Shown one piece after another: positions 36,312-50,027 of a stretch of 64,000 bases of DNA (positions are counted from its first letter, which is position 1; each line of letters begins with the position of its first letter). The position numbers and the translations under genes are program-made. Origin of the DNA: Eledone cirrhosa (taxonomy: Eukaryota); contig OZ024740.1 of assembly GCA_964016885.1 (NCBI GenBank), forward strand, positions 269,638,001 to 269,702,000. Reading direction: 5' to 3'. The notes under the pieces were generated by a model that was given only the letters and a program-made list of their open reading frames with translations, was not told the DNA's origin and did no database searches.

Positions 36312-37461
36312 AATGCTACACAAAACTGCTGCATGCTACCTAAGGTTTCAAAGCATACCAATAATTAGGTCTTAGCGATATGATCCATGCTAGTCATTGC
36401 TTATCACACAGGAAAGAAAATAAGATAGTCGACCTCACTTTATATGAGATCTAATGAGAACAAAGGGGGTTATAAAGTAGGTGTTCTTGTCATTCAGGGG
36501 AAATAACTTGTGTGTCTGTATATTCATAATTATTGAATGTGATTATAATCGTTTAAGTGTGTATGTTGTGTGTATATTGTGTGTATGTGTGTGTGTGTAT
36601 TTGTGTATATAGTTTATTGTAGCGAAAGCGTTTTTTTTTTATTAAGGTGTAAGTTCATGACTAATGTTAAAGGTGTATGTGTTGTGTATTTGTGCGTATG
36701 TATATATGTATGTGTATATTATTTATATAGATTATCGTATTTAAACCATATCAAGGTACATGGTGATATTTGCATAGGCAAGAGACAGGGTTAGCATATT
36801 AAGCCAGGTGGAAATTTGTAGTGTTTCTGTATATCTTGGCCTGTATACTTTCATGCTGTATTCAGACAATTATTGGAGGATTTCAAACCCTGTAATATAC
36901 GATATTTTCATTTAGGCAAAGTGAATAAATGTTAGTTACTTTAATAAAAAGGCCTGACTTGTCTAGGATACTTCATTTAATTGTTCATGGGAATTATCTA
37001 GGGAATGGCCATTACAGTTATGGGTAACTGACAAAACACCGCTGCACTAGAGCAATGGTGTGTGCGTGGTTCTGATGAACGCCAACCAGCGGGAAACTGA
37101 CTGTCAGCCTCTCTCCCTTCTTTCACCGAAAATAAGTAAGTGACATATTCACTACTTTAAAACTGATAGCGTATGGTCTTCTAAATGTGTTTAATTAAAC
37201 ATACGGTATATTGCCAAATATACTATACATACATTCCATTATTTATAATCCAAATTGCACAAGTCTGCACTATCATACAACCCATTGATACATTGGAAGC
37301 ATAATGTGGATTTATTTTGCGCTGAATTATTATGGAACCAAGCTATCCCTGAAGAAGGTTGGTGTTATTATTGGTACTTATATTTCTTGCTCTTAATACC
37401 TTCTTACTAGCTAGTCCTATTTCAGTTGTAACGAGGCTAGTTAGTCTACAATTAGAACTGT

Positions 37462-37720
37462 TAATTGCTGGCCTTGTGCCTTGTGCCTTGTGCCTAACGT
37501 AGAAACAATTATATTTACATTTATCTAAGGGGCGGTGAATTGGCAGTATCTGTAGAGGGTCGGACGCCATGCTTTGACGTATAGAGTTACGGCCCTTGCC
37601 ATTCTGAGTTCAAATCCCGCCGAGGTTAACTTTGCCTTTCATACTTATGGGGTCGATAAAATAAAGTACCAGTAATCGACTGGGTAATTGCTGGCCTTGT
37701 GCCAAAAGTAGAAACAAATT
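37462..37720 (+). mobile_element. SINE tail fragment followed by a full SINE (37531-37720)
   Basis: Flanking duplication tatttacatttatcta. Confidence 0.9.
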
Positions 37721-37744
37721 TTATTTACATTTATCTACTTCGAA

Positions 37745-38340
37745 TTAGTTATGAGTTTTATCAGGGAAGATGAAAATATTTCTAAAAGATTTAATCTTAT
37801 TAATGCCATGCGAAGGTTTTGTTTGGACCTGGTTATAGTATTTATGGAGCATAATATTATGAATTATGTGTAAGCCCCCTTTGAAGGGGGATATGTCTCT
37901 AACACTAGGAAGAAATGTGCATGGATGTATATCAAAATGGTCAGTAGGATAGGTTGCTACCGCTTTGTCGAATAGTAATGCCTTCCATCTCAGTCTCCAC
38001 ACAAGATTTTTCATTCACTCTAATTGTATTTTGGTAAAATTTCTGCTGGTTGGTGTTGGGATGTTTATGTTTGAGTAATCGAGCTCATGATCTATCGACA
38101 GCCAACTGTTTCTGACACTGGTCATTATCAATCACTGTCGATTTTTATCGATTCTTGTCTATTCGAGATGGTCCAGGTTAGTCTTCGACCTGTTTGTATT
38201 CATTGTTGTTGTGGTATTAACTATGGCCACATGCATTTGGTCTTCTTATTCTTGGTATCACAATTTATTAACTTTGTGACTGCCTCAAACAATTCGCTAG
38301 GTATCTGTTATACTGCGGCTACAACTCCGTTTTAAACCTA
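37745..38340 (-). mobile_element. Penelope-like element 5' part (probably Hydra clade), decayed ORF N-terminus preceded by an HHR core
   Basis: LDYSNINIP...RLRWKALLF...IFIFPDKTHN resembles YSxKNIP...RMRWKA...ADKTxN; HHR core at 38097-38131. Confidence 0.75.
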
Positions 38341-38355
38341 TTATATATATATGTG

Positions 38356-38387
<32 letters not shown>

Positions 38388-39079
38388 TTATATATATATA
38401 TATAGTATATATATATATATGACAAGCGCACCTCAGCGTGAAAGGTCGTTCTAAAAACGAAACAATACCTCCTACGTTAACCAAGAACTCTTAAGACCTA
38501 ACCAACAACCAACAACTTAATTTATAAAATAATTTTTTCTAAGAAAAAAACTTTTTCTAATCCGGAAAAAAATTATTTTTGGATTTTGTGAAGAAAATAA
38601 ATTTGTTGAAAGCACAAGTGAAGCCATTTTTTCTTCCACCCTGTCTTAATATATATATATGTATATATATATATATTGTTATACTTTGGGAGGGTCATGT
38701 TGCCAATAAGAAACACACGCACCAGTTGCTTTCACCTCAATTTATTATAATAAATTTATAAATTTAGGAATTTATAAAACTATATTCATTGAGTAATCAA
38801 TGAACCATATTAATCTTTCGTTATATATATGGGATAACAAATTATCGTTATAGGTATTCCAGTTAGAGGTTGTTAGTACTCTGTACTATAGATAGTTTTA
38901 ACGTATGGTATTGTTTGACTTAACAAGAGGTTTCCTTAGTTAGGTGGCGAGTTCCCGGGAATTCCTATGCAGGCATACACTGTATTTAAGATTGAGTGAT
39001 CTTTAGACATCCTAAACAATGAAACAATACTGTAAATAAAACCCATTTTGTACAATTGACCATGTTATTCTTCACTTTT

Positions 39080-39133
<54 letters not shown>

Positions 39134-39140
<7 letters not shown>

Positions 39141-39741
39141 AAAAGAAATCAAAAATGCAACTGGAGTCTTTTAAAGTTTATGTTTCCTTTACCGGTTTCA
39201 CAGTTCGTATGCTTTTCAAAAGTAGAATTGTGATCGAGGATTTGGGGTTTTTCTCGCATTTGGTTGGTGTTGGAATGTTACTTCTGTTTTATGTGGAAAA
39301 GAAGTGGCTCGAATTACTTGGTTATTAAAAAAAAGTAATTTGGTTGGTTGATGACTGTCACGTGAATAAGTGTAATACATTTCACGCCAGTTCGCGTTAA
39401 AAAGTTCTTATTGTATTTGACTTTAACAAAAGTGGCTAAAATTGTTTTTTTTCATATATAATTGAAATTTGGTTGGTTGATGACAGTCACGTGAATAAGC
39501 ACATCAACTTTCATGCCAGTTGAGGGTTCTTTATTGTCATTTTCACTTAAAAAGTGGGTCGCCACTTTTTTCCACATAAGACATAAGTAACATTCGAACA
39601 CCAACCAGACACGAGAAAAACCACAAACCTTTCTATATCAATTCTACTTTTGAAAAGCATAAGAACTATGAAACCGGTAAAGGAACAAAATAAATATTCT
39701 TTAAAAGATTCCAGTTGCATCTTCGATTTCTTTTCATTATA
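39134..39741. mobile_element. Diverged inverted-repeat element with an HHR in each arm
   Basis: Arms 39134-39308/39561-39741; ctt TTGAAAA gca tacgaac tgt GAAA ccgg TA aag at 39187-39222 (-) and a variant at 39647-39682 (+). Confidence 0.75.
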
Positions 39742-40008
39742 CTTTCACTCGAGTAGGACATCTCGTTTTTTATTTTTCATTAAAAAAAACCCTCATTTTC
39801 TTTTATCTATAGAGAGAGAGTGGTGGTGGTGGGGGGGGGGGGGGAGTAGAGAGAGAGAGATGAATAAAATCTATGGGTGACCATAGGAAAATGAACGAAT
39901 ACAAACAGTCCCATCTCATCAGTCAACCGCTAGTACGTTAAGATCGATAAAACTGAGTGTAGTGCACAAAGGACTGTAATAAATGGACACTTACACACAC
40001 ACACACAC

Positions 40009-40043
<35 letters not shown>

Positions 40044-40956
40044 TGTGTGTGTGTGTGTGTTATTATGTATTATGCCATCGAGTATTTGTGTATCTGCGTA
40101 TGTTCTTGCATGTGTATGGGTATGTGCATGCATGCGTGTGTGATCAGATTGGAATATTGTGATTGTCAGATAAATTTGCATACGAATCCTTACTGCAGGT
40201 TTTGAATGCTTATATACGAATATGCCGCTGTATATTTTTGGACATAGTATTTATATATACAATTCTGTTAGGAAATACCGTAAATGTCACATTCGATTTA
40301 GTTTCAGACAACCACATGTTCAATTTATCAATACTACATTGTGTACTCAGCGAAAACTAAAACTTAACTAATATTTTCGCAGCCTGATTGCATGTCCATA
40401 TATACGAGAAGTATTCAGAGTTTACCGATGTGCGAATCAATGCTTTGTATAGTAGACTATGTTTCATTTAACCGAACCACTTGTCAAGTAAATCATTATC
40501 GATGCTTCCCATGAGTATCGATGAATAAACATACGCCAACTGCAATCTATCTTTCTTTGATTTACTCTATGAAATTGGAACCATCAGTGGCTTCCAAATT
40601 CCTAACTAAATGAAGAACATCAGTTTCATTTGAGTTTTACAGTAGTAATTATATTTGCCTCTAGAAGACTCTTTTAGTGGCAAGAGAATTGAATTCTTTT
40701 ATTTTTATATATATGATATATTTTCAATCAGAAACTTAGCTCTGTTAGACTAAACGGTGAAAATGCTTTGTAAAACAAATGCAAGATATTAAACTAGAAT
40801 AGATGAATTACTATCGAACAAGAGACACACTTAAAGAATAATTGATTTACTAGTTGGTGACACTGGACTATTCTGATTAACATACTGCATACTGAGAAGT
40901 TCAACACCTGAGCAAATAAAACAAGGAAACGAAAGCGGTAATGAGAAAACGACCGA

Positions 40957-41481
<525 letters not shown>

Positions 41482-42337
41482 GGGATTCAAGAGAAAGAGA
41501 AAAAGAGACTAGGAAAGAGAAAAGGAATGAATGGGGATTTTTCATTATCTGCAATGAAGCTAAAAAATGTAAAGTTCCGTAGCAAGATAATGTGACACCA
41601 ATTTCAACTCTGTGTTCGTCACTTTTAAGTAATAATATCTTTCAAACGACTGTTACAAAGATCGATTATGTTTAACGTGTAATACCTGCTGAGAATGTCC
41701 TTATCGTAAAACAGTCCACCTGTGTTCAGTCTCTATAAATCTACTGCTGATATTGGCAAGAACCAGTGGCGATCAATCACATAAATATGTACAATTTTGT
41801 ATAAGTACATACATTCAACGGATTTTCCCACGCATCTGCTTTTCCTATTTTCTCAGCATCCTTTTTCTTTTTATCTCTTTTTCGAAATGAATTGATTGTA
41901 CTCGTAAAGAATATATCTTGCAAGCAGATGTTTGAAAATGATATGAGCATACTGCTCTGTACCTAACCTTTATAGCATTGTCTCTTTAAAGAAAACGTAT
42001 ATGTACATTATTTAGAAACTGCATGACAAAGAATTGTATTTTCTTAGAGATTATTTGATTTGAAGTCAATTAGAATAGTATTCATAGTAGTCAGATATTC
42101 AGAATATTTTATAGTAGTATATAAAAAAAATTAAGATGTTTGTTTATATCATATTTAAAAAACACAGGATAGATAATTGTATTTTTCCTAGAGATTATAC
42201 GGTAATCTTTCAACTAAAATAGTATTGATAGAAATCAAATCGGCAAAGAATATATATATGTGTGAAGAAATAGGATTTCGCTTCAAGCATAGCTTTATAC
42301 AGTATGTATAAATATTTCGTGTGTCCAAAGAAATACG

Positions 42338-42402
<65 letters not shown>

Positions 42403-42704
42403 GAGAGGTATAGAGATTGTTTTAGCGAGAAGCTAACAGCATTCTATAACATATATGTGACTATAACGTCAAGATGGGAAAAGTAGTTAACGTAGGATTT
42501 AGGAAAAATAATTCAAACTCATCTCAAAAGAGAATCAGGATATAAATTCATCCACAGAATTTAGTGAAATCCAGGGAAAAATCAATAGACCTTTAACTCA
42601 TGATAAAATAAAGTTTAAAACACTTATTCTTCAATTTGGAATAACATCAAATGCTCTGTATAGTCTTAAAAGACTATTTCATGAAAACTTTCATATATAT
42701 ATAC

Positions 42705-43456
42705 CACGATAAATTAACGGAGCCATATACTTTCGCCATTCCCTGTAAATAATGTGTTCAAAGGAGAGGATATCCTGAGCTCTTTAAGATACAATATGTT
42801 GAAAAGGTAACACACTAGAGAGAGATACAGTGCGCTATAAATAAAACAGGGAACAATCCTGTTTTATTGAAAGCGCACTGTATCTCTCTCTAGTGTGTTA
42901 CCTTTTCAACATATTGTATTTTAAAGAGCTCAGGATTTCCTCTCATTTGAGCACATTATTTACAGGGAATGGCGAGAGTCTATGGCTCCGTTAATTTATC
43001 GTGATATTTCGCTCCTTATAACAGTCTTTCCTGTCTCTCTGTTTGGTTGAGCACACTTCTCTGAGTGGTTTTGGGCTGCCCTTTCTAGCAGCTCGTCCCT
43101 CAGAGGCCACTGGTTCACCGCCCTTAAACACACTGTGACTTCTCTCTCCCACGTGTAGCTGGACAGGCATTTTAAAATTCTCTTAGTGTTGAATGGAATG
43201 TATAGCCTTACACACGCTGAAGAACCGGTTTAATTCCATTTCTGTCAACAACTTACTGGCGAAACAGATCTCTTTGGATTTGTACGTGTGTTTTATAGTT
43301 ATAGAGGTATTTATTTACGCTTTAATTTATATATTTAATTATCGTGTCTATAGTCTGCCTTTCATAGGTTATAGATTCCATGCACTGGTGGTTTTTCCCT
43401 GTTTTATTGATAGCGCACTGTATCTCTCTCTAGTGTGTTACCTTTTCAACATATTG

Positions 43457-43460
<4 letters not shown>
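42705..43460 (+). mobile_element. Non-coding terminally redundant HHR element (540-nt unit) with inverted 5' arm
   Basis: Inverted arms 42705-42850/42858-43003; direct repeat 42858-42920/43398-43460; ends at (TA)n. Confidence 0.85.
43210..43291 (+). ncRNA. Type I hammerhead ribozyme with full stems I and III
   Basis: acacacg CTGAAGA a ccggt...actgg c GAAA cagatc tctttg gatttg TA cgtgtgt. Confidence 0.85.
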
Positions 43461-43492
<32 letters not shown>

Positions 43493-43584
43493 CATATATA
43501 TATTCTTTGCCGATTTGATTTCTAGCAATACTGTTTTAGTTGAATGATTACCGTATAATCTCGAGGAAAAATACAATTCTCTAT

Positions 43585-43765
43585 CCTGTATTTTTAGAAT
43601 GTGATGAAAGATCTTTGACAATATATAAATAAACATTCGGTTATGGAACCAACCAACCGCGAATTTATAATAAATTAAAGTGAGACCCAACACGTGCTTG
43701 TGTTTTTATTGGGAGCATGAGCCTCCCAAAGTATAAGAATATCTGTTTCAACACACGTTTTCAGA
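43585..43765 (+). mobile_element. PLE end fragment (half HHR), family shared with 54312-54500, 38685-38760 and more distantly 17743-18006
   Basis: tgtgat GAAA gatc TT tgac...cctcccaaagtataa. Confidence 0.6.
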
Positions 43766-43966
43766 TAAGAAATCCTGCAATACAAATTCAAAACCGAAGT
43801 ATATATACATACACTCACACACACTCCCACACCCACACATACACACACATACACACACATACACACAGACGTATAAACACACACATATATATATACACAC
43901 ACCAATAAATATATATATTTATATACACACACAAGCACACACACACACACAAACACACACACACAT

Positions 43967-44009
<43 letters not shown>

Positions 44010-44807
44010 CACATTTATATATGTATAAATTAACTGTTGGACAAAACAACCCCATGGTTGACAATTGTTTCGGAAACCATATCAGTATTCTGCACATACA
44101 GAGATAATTATCGATTATAAAATTAGTAAATGATAATGAAAAGAAAAGTTTGATGTGGTCTCCTCATCGGAGCCGAAAAAAACCCATAAAAAATTCAAAA
44201 ATAAATGTCACTGAAAATACAGACTACAATAAATGTAAAACTTGAAGAAAACCTGCCCACATATTAAATTCTAAGAATTTACCCGTTTAAAAAAATGGCG
44301 AATATATATGTGTGTGTGGGTGAGTGTGTGTGCGTGGGCGCGTGTGTTTGTGTTTGTGTGTGCGTGCGCGCGCTGCGCGCGCGTGTGAGTCTGTGTGCGT
44401 GTGTGTGTGTGCATTCATTTACGTTGTGTGGTTCACAATGGATAGAACTGGTCTTTCCGTTTAATTAGCCGTGATGTATTAGTAGGAAAAGCACTCTACG
44501 TTTATTCATTTCTCACTATCTAATTTTATATATATTTTTTATTTCTTTCTATTATCTTTTATTGTCTCCTACTCTCATTCGATTTACCTATTCTATAACC
44601 TCGCTCCTCCACTTCATACACTATCCTTAGAATCTGCTGTATACATATCACATTCAACGCTTGACGGCTCCACTCACTCCCTTATTGTTCTACAGGCAAG
44701 TTCATCCATCTCTACCCCCACCAAATGCCATGATAGACTTATTTGTGTTTACAACAAATTTTAACCAATCCTCTTGTCAACTACAATCTTCCCATATAAG
44801 GAAGTAC

Positions 44808-44901
44808 CCCCTTGACAAGTTCGGCTATTTATTCACCAGGCTAAAAATTCTAATTTAGTCCTGAAATAGCCGTCGAAACGGCTTGAGCTCTGCCGTCGGG
44901 G
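44808..44901 (+). ncRNA. Type I hammerhead, U3-A8 core variant
   Basis: cccc TTGACAA gt tcggctattt...aaatagccg tc GAAA cggc ttgagctct gccg TC gggg. Confidence 0.75.
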
Positions 44902-44914
44902 TCATACTTTTTCT

Positions 44915-44974
<60 letters not shown>

Positions 44975-45041
44975 TAACAGATTAAAGTTTAAGCAAAGAA
45001 TCGCTGCTTTCACCCTTAATGGGATTTTCTGAAACTCAGAT

Positions 45042-45622
45042 TTATTATTATTACTATTATTAATATTATTATCCTTTGAGTCTCAGACATTGATTTTATT
45101 TAACTGGAAAGTTTGTTGAAATGAATATCAAGCCACTACCTGCAGCCTCAGATATTCAGGACGTATCGGAGGGTTCTTGCTGTTCCCAGCACGTATGCCT
45201 TTTGAAGTGTTTCAAAAAGCGGGGCTGGACCAAATTTATTTAACCATCCTTGGAAACTCTTTGAGATAGTCCCTAATGCGCCTATGACAATCGGGAACAC
45301 TTTGACTTCATGGCAGTTCCAAATCCTTTTTACCTCCCACTTTAAGTCCTGGTATCGGTTAAATTTCTCTCTCTCCTTCTCTTGCACTCACGTGTCGAAT
45401 GGGCAGGCCACATCCACAATCAGGCACGATCTTTTTTCCTTGTCCAAAACCACCAGGTCAGGTCTATTGTGTTCCAGTTTCTTGTCCGTCTGTATCCTAA
45501 AATCCAACAGCACTTTCACCTGATCGTTTTCCATCACCGACTCTGGCTTATGCTCATACCACTTCTCAGAATGTGGTAAATTGTTTACTTTGCATAGGTG
45601 CCAGTGGATCACCCTGCCCATC
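45042..45622 (-). mobile_element. R4/Dong-type non-LTR retrotransposon 3' end with (TAA)n-like tail
   Basis: IHWHLCK...WYEHKPESV...IQTDKKLEHNRPDLVV...DVACPFD*...EKFNRYQDL...PIVIGALG...LQKAYVLGTARTLR. Confidence 0.92.
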
Positions 45623-46191
45623 ACATAATGTCTCCAGCCTTTATAGTGAGAATAATGATGTGCCTGATGGCTGAAGCTTTCCCTTTTTATTCGGTTTAAC
45701 CAATGAAACAACTTGACAATTAACAACTTTCATTCTACTTGATAGCAAGAAACAATGGTATAGATTATTGTATGAGGACATTGTGTCTGCTATTTCTAAC
45801 AAGATGTGCAACAACGAATTGCTCCTTTTCTTTGGTTATGTTAACCAATTTGATGAATTTGGTGTGGCCGTGGGGTAAGATGGTAAACAGAACGATGGGG
45901 AGAGGGAAGAAAATATTTGTATATAGGGAGTATGTGTGAGTGTCGGAAGAGAAAAGACAACTGTGAGGTAGGAATTTATTACAGATACGAGACCCACATT
46001 TATATATTGTATTTATTATTATTAACAGAATTGGCCATTGAAATTGCCTCTCAGATGTTATATTTAATGTGATTTCGGTCTTACAAAGAGGATAACATTA
46101 AAGAATGTTCAGTTAGAATATTAAGACATTCTGTGGGAATGTAACAACCGCCACCTCAACAAACTGATAAGGAGGTTCTGAATAAAAGGTA

Positions 46192-46407
46192 GTAGTGGCA
46201 CTCCGTCAGTTACGACGACGAGAGTTCCAGTTGATAGATCAACGGAACAACCTGTTCGTGAAATTAACGTGTAAGTGGCTGAGCATTCCACAGAGACACG
46301 TTCCCTTTACGTAGTTCTTAGGGAAATTCTGTGTGGCACAGAATGTGACAAGTCTGGCCCTTCGAATTACAGGTACAACACATGTTTTGCTAGCTGAGTA
46401 GCCTGAA
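46192..46407 (-). mobile_element. 3' part of another octopus-type SINE
   Basis: Minus strand tgtacctgtaattcgaagggcc...cacgttaatttcacga...cgtcgtcgtaactgacggagtgccac; recognised from memory. Confidence 0.7.
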
Positions 46408-46660
46408 TAAACAAATAAATAGTTAAGTGACAATATGCATATAGCGTAGTTTAGATAGGATGTCTGGTGGAGAGGAAGATTAAAATGTGATATCTGGTGC
46501 ATGAAAAACAAGTAGGAAAATGGACACCAATATATCAAGAAAGTAATAGAATGTTCTTACCTAACTAGAAGCGTCCTCTTTATTAGTTTTATATTGCTTG
46601 TTTTTCAAGTTACCAAGCAAGTTGATGAACATTTGATTTGTAGTAACATCGACTAAATAT

Positions 46661-46755
<95 letters not shown>

Positions 46756-46759
46756 TTAG

Positions 46760-47416
46760 TTAAGCAAAACAAGACCACAAATTTCACAAGGAAGACATTA
46801 TTAAAAGATTGTCAACATATTTTAGTTTGATGTAAGGAATGTAGAGAATAATAATAATAATATTAATAATAATAATGTCCGTTTACAATTGTTTCGCTAC
46901 TCCATATCATATTTCTAGATCAAATGATTATAGATCATTATTGATCTGGTTCAGTTGAAAATAATTAACATAGGTAAAAATAGAGCAGCTCATCGGAACT
47001 TCAAAAGGAATATAAATTAAAATAAGTAAAGAATGTTACATAAATGTAATGTTCCATGTATTGGTATTTCACTACGGTGTCCTGGGTTTTACTTGTAGCT
47101 AATAAGTTAAATAGTTATAGCTAACTTAGATAATTATAAGTTACCTCCCTTACATTGTCTCTCAATTAAAAAATTTAAAAATTAGCACTTAACTATAAAC
47201 TACCCACAACTTCTAATCCCTCGAGGAGTTACTTCCCCTGAAACCACCCTCTAATTAGTAAGGTAAATATGTCCATTGGCGGCCATCTTGTTACCCATAG
47301 GAAGATCTCACACAATGCAGCCTAGACAGAAGAATACTGCTCGACTATGGCAGACAATTGATATACCCAGGACACCATAGTGAAATACCAATATATGGAA
47401 CATTACATTTATGTAA
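46760..47416 (-). mobile_element. Non-coding PLE pLTR-like element with HHR (46881-46999) and 52-bp inverted arm
   Basis: gtt CCGATGA gctgctc...gagtagc GAAA caattg TA aac; inverted repeat 47036-47087/47365-47416; TA flanks. Confidence 0.7.
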
Positions 47417-47547
47417 ATGATACCACTTAATATTGTAAATATATATATATATATTGATGGTATTCTACAGGCTTTTACCACACTATTATGATTAAAGCCG
47501 ACATAACTTAATTGTTACTGAATACTTCTTGTTATATGTGTAAAGTA

Positions 47548-47975
47548 AGATTGGCAGTATTAGTAGAGAGTCGGCCAACATACTTTACGGTATATAGTTA
47601 CGTCTCTTTACGCTGTGTTCATATCCTGCTGAGGTTAGCTTTGCCTTTCATCCTTCTGGGTGAATATATTATCAATAACGTACTGAAGTCGATTCAATCG
47701 ACTTTCCCCTTCCCAAGAATTGTTGGCCTTGTGCTTAAATCAGAAATAATCATATTTGTAAAGTAAGGCAGTGGATTTGCAGTATCGGTAGAGCGTCGGA
47801 CAACACAATTTTCGACATATAGTTCATGTTCTGATTTCAAATCACGCCGAGGTTAGATTTGCCTTTTATCATAACGGGATCGATAAAATAAAGCACCAGT
47901 ATCGCACTGGGGTCGATTTAATTGACTTCTCCTCCCCCCAAATTGTTATCCTTGTGTTTAAATCAGAAGCAATTG
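47548..47975 (+). mobile_element. Two tandem older SINE copies
   Basis: 47548-47750 and 47766-47975; long-form tail with cccctc.ccaaattg. Confidence 0.8.
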
Positions 47976-48762
47976 TGCATGCAAAGTTAGGTTGCGGCAT
48001 ACTAATTATCTATGCTATGCAGTAAATTATACAATGTTATTTGATGTTGGATAGGCTGGGTTTATTAGGTTCTAATTAAAACCACTTCTAATTAGACCTA
48101 TTTTCTTATACCGTACTACTTTGTTCAATATTTTCTATCCAAAAGAAAAAAATAGTAATATATGAATAAATAACTATAACATAGATGGACGTTTTCTACA
48201 ATTTTCTGCTTGAACCATTTTATGTTTTATGTCTTGAGCAAATTTTTGAGAAACAATTACTAATGATTCTAGAACAGTGTAACTCTACACTTTGATACAG
48301 AAATAAATTGATTTAGTAATATGTGGTTGCATAACAAAACAGGTATAATGTCATACGCTTGTATCAAAATAGCAAAGAATTATTTAATTGGAAGCGTTAA
48401 GGCAAACCTGTTACGAGTTCTAGAACCAACAGTCCAAACAGAGCCTAAATTATGTTTAATCATGAAGGCACTAAAATGTGTTAGGGATAGTTTTATCAAA
48501 GACGATTAGTTGTTAATAATTTCTACGCCGATTGGCAAATATTACACACACACACACACACATAACGCACACACACATACACACAAACAAACATAATGAC
48601 GGTGAAAACAAATTAGCAAAACTTCAGTGATCGTTTATATGAACTTTTTGATAATAAACGCCGTGAAAGTCTAATTAGGAGCGATATAAGTTTCCGTTTA
48701 CAAATATGATTCTAAGCCTATTCGAAACCTTTTATGCAAAGAAACACAGAATCAAACACAAG

Positions 48763-49090
48763 TAATGGTTTCTGAGTTAGGCACAAGACCTATAGTTTTA
48801 GGGAGGGGAAAACGACCTCAATGGTTACTTGAATTTATCTACCCCTAGGATGAAAGTTCAAGCTAACCTCAGCGCGATATGAACATAGAGCATAAAGGGC
48901 CGTAACTCTATGTCACAAAGCATGTTGTCTGACGCTCTACCGATTCTGCCAATCCACCGCCCTATCAGATGCAAACACAAGTAATGATTGTTTCTACTTT
49001 TGGCACAAGGCCAGCAATTACCCAGTGCATTACTGGTACTTTATTTTATCGCCCCCGGAAGGATGAATGGCAAAGTTAACCTCGGCGGGA
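48763..49090 (-). mobile_element. Older SINE plus truncated young SINE
   Basis: 48763-48962 and 48984-49090; duplicated caaacacaagtaatg. Confidence 0.8.
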
Positions 49091-49849
49091 TGATGACTGG
49101 TAAAATGACAAGTCAGTCAATCATATTGGTGGCCTCCCCACAGCCCCGGCGGACAGAATGGAGAAAGCGTTTCCCCGGAGGATGACAAGGGATAATTTCC
49201 TCGCATGAAATCCTCAAGGCACGACACGTGACATAACTTTAGTGAATGACATTCAATTATATTCGGCGTTTCTCAAATTCGGTTTGTATATTACAGAAAG
49301 TGGACTTGCAGTTACCGCATTAGATTAAACATTTCTTTTACACATTCACATGAGCAGTTTATTCTCAAATCTAAAAGTAATGATTATCAACGAAGTCCAC
49401 ATAGAGTAGCTAATACTACATGATATGGCATTAGACAAGGATTCCCGTTTACATCGAGTAGAGAATTAATTACAAAGCAATGCATAGTATATTTTCTACA
49501 GATTACAAGGTCAGATGAGTTCAATAGGTCGTCACCAATTATGATCTATCATGGTGTTACGATCGTCTACAGTTACTCAACTTTCATTTTTAAATGATTA
49601 CAACTATCAGATTGATAGTTCCATCTGTATCAATTATACGTACGTATTACGTTCATGCATGTTTCATAAATAGACATTCCTATACCGTTAACCCTTACAT
49701 TACCTTCAGACGAGTGAACCAAAACGTAGAAGAAAATCTGTGATATATATATACACATATACACACGGCCATACACACAAAAACACAGACATATGCATAA
49801 AAAAATGATGGATCGATCGACCTTCGTAAAATCGGACCGAGGAAACAAT

Positions 49850-50027
49850 GTTTTCGTCGGTCTTTCCAGTTGCTAATACTATCTATCAGTCGCAACTCCA
49901 GGTAGAAGGAGCAACGTGAAATAAACTGTCTTGCCCAAGGACATAACGCATCGCCCGGTCCAGGAATCGAACTCAAAACCTCAAGATTGCGAATCCAATT
50001 CTCTAACCACTCAGCCACACGCCTTCA
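49850..50027 (-). mobile_element. tRNA/CORE-type SINE
   Basis: A box TGGCTGAGTGG, B box GAGTTCGATTCC, then tgtccttgggcaagaca. Confidence 0.85.
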
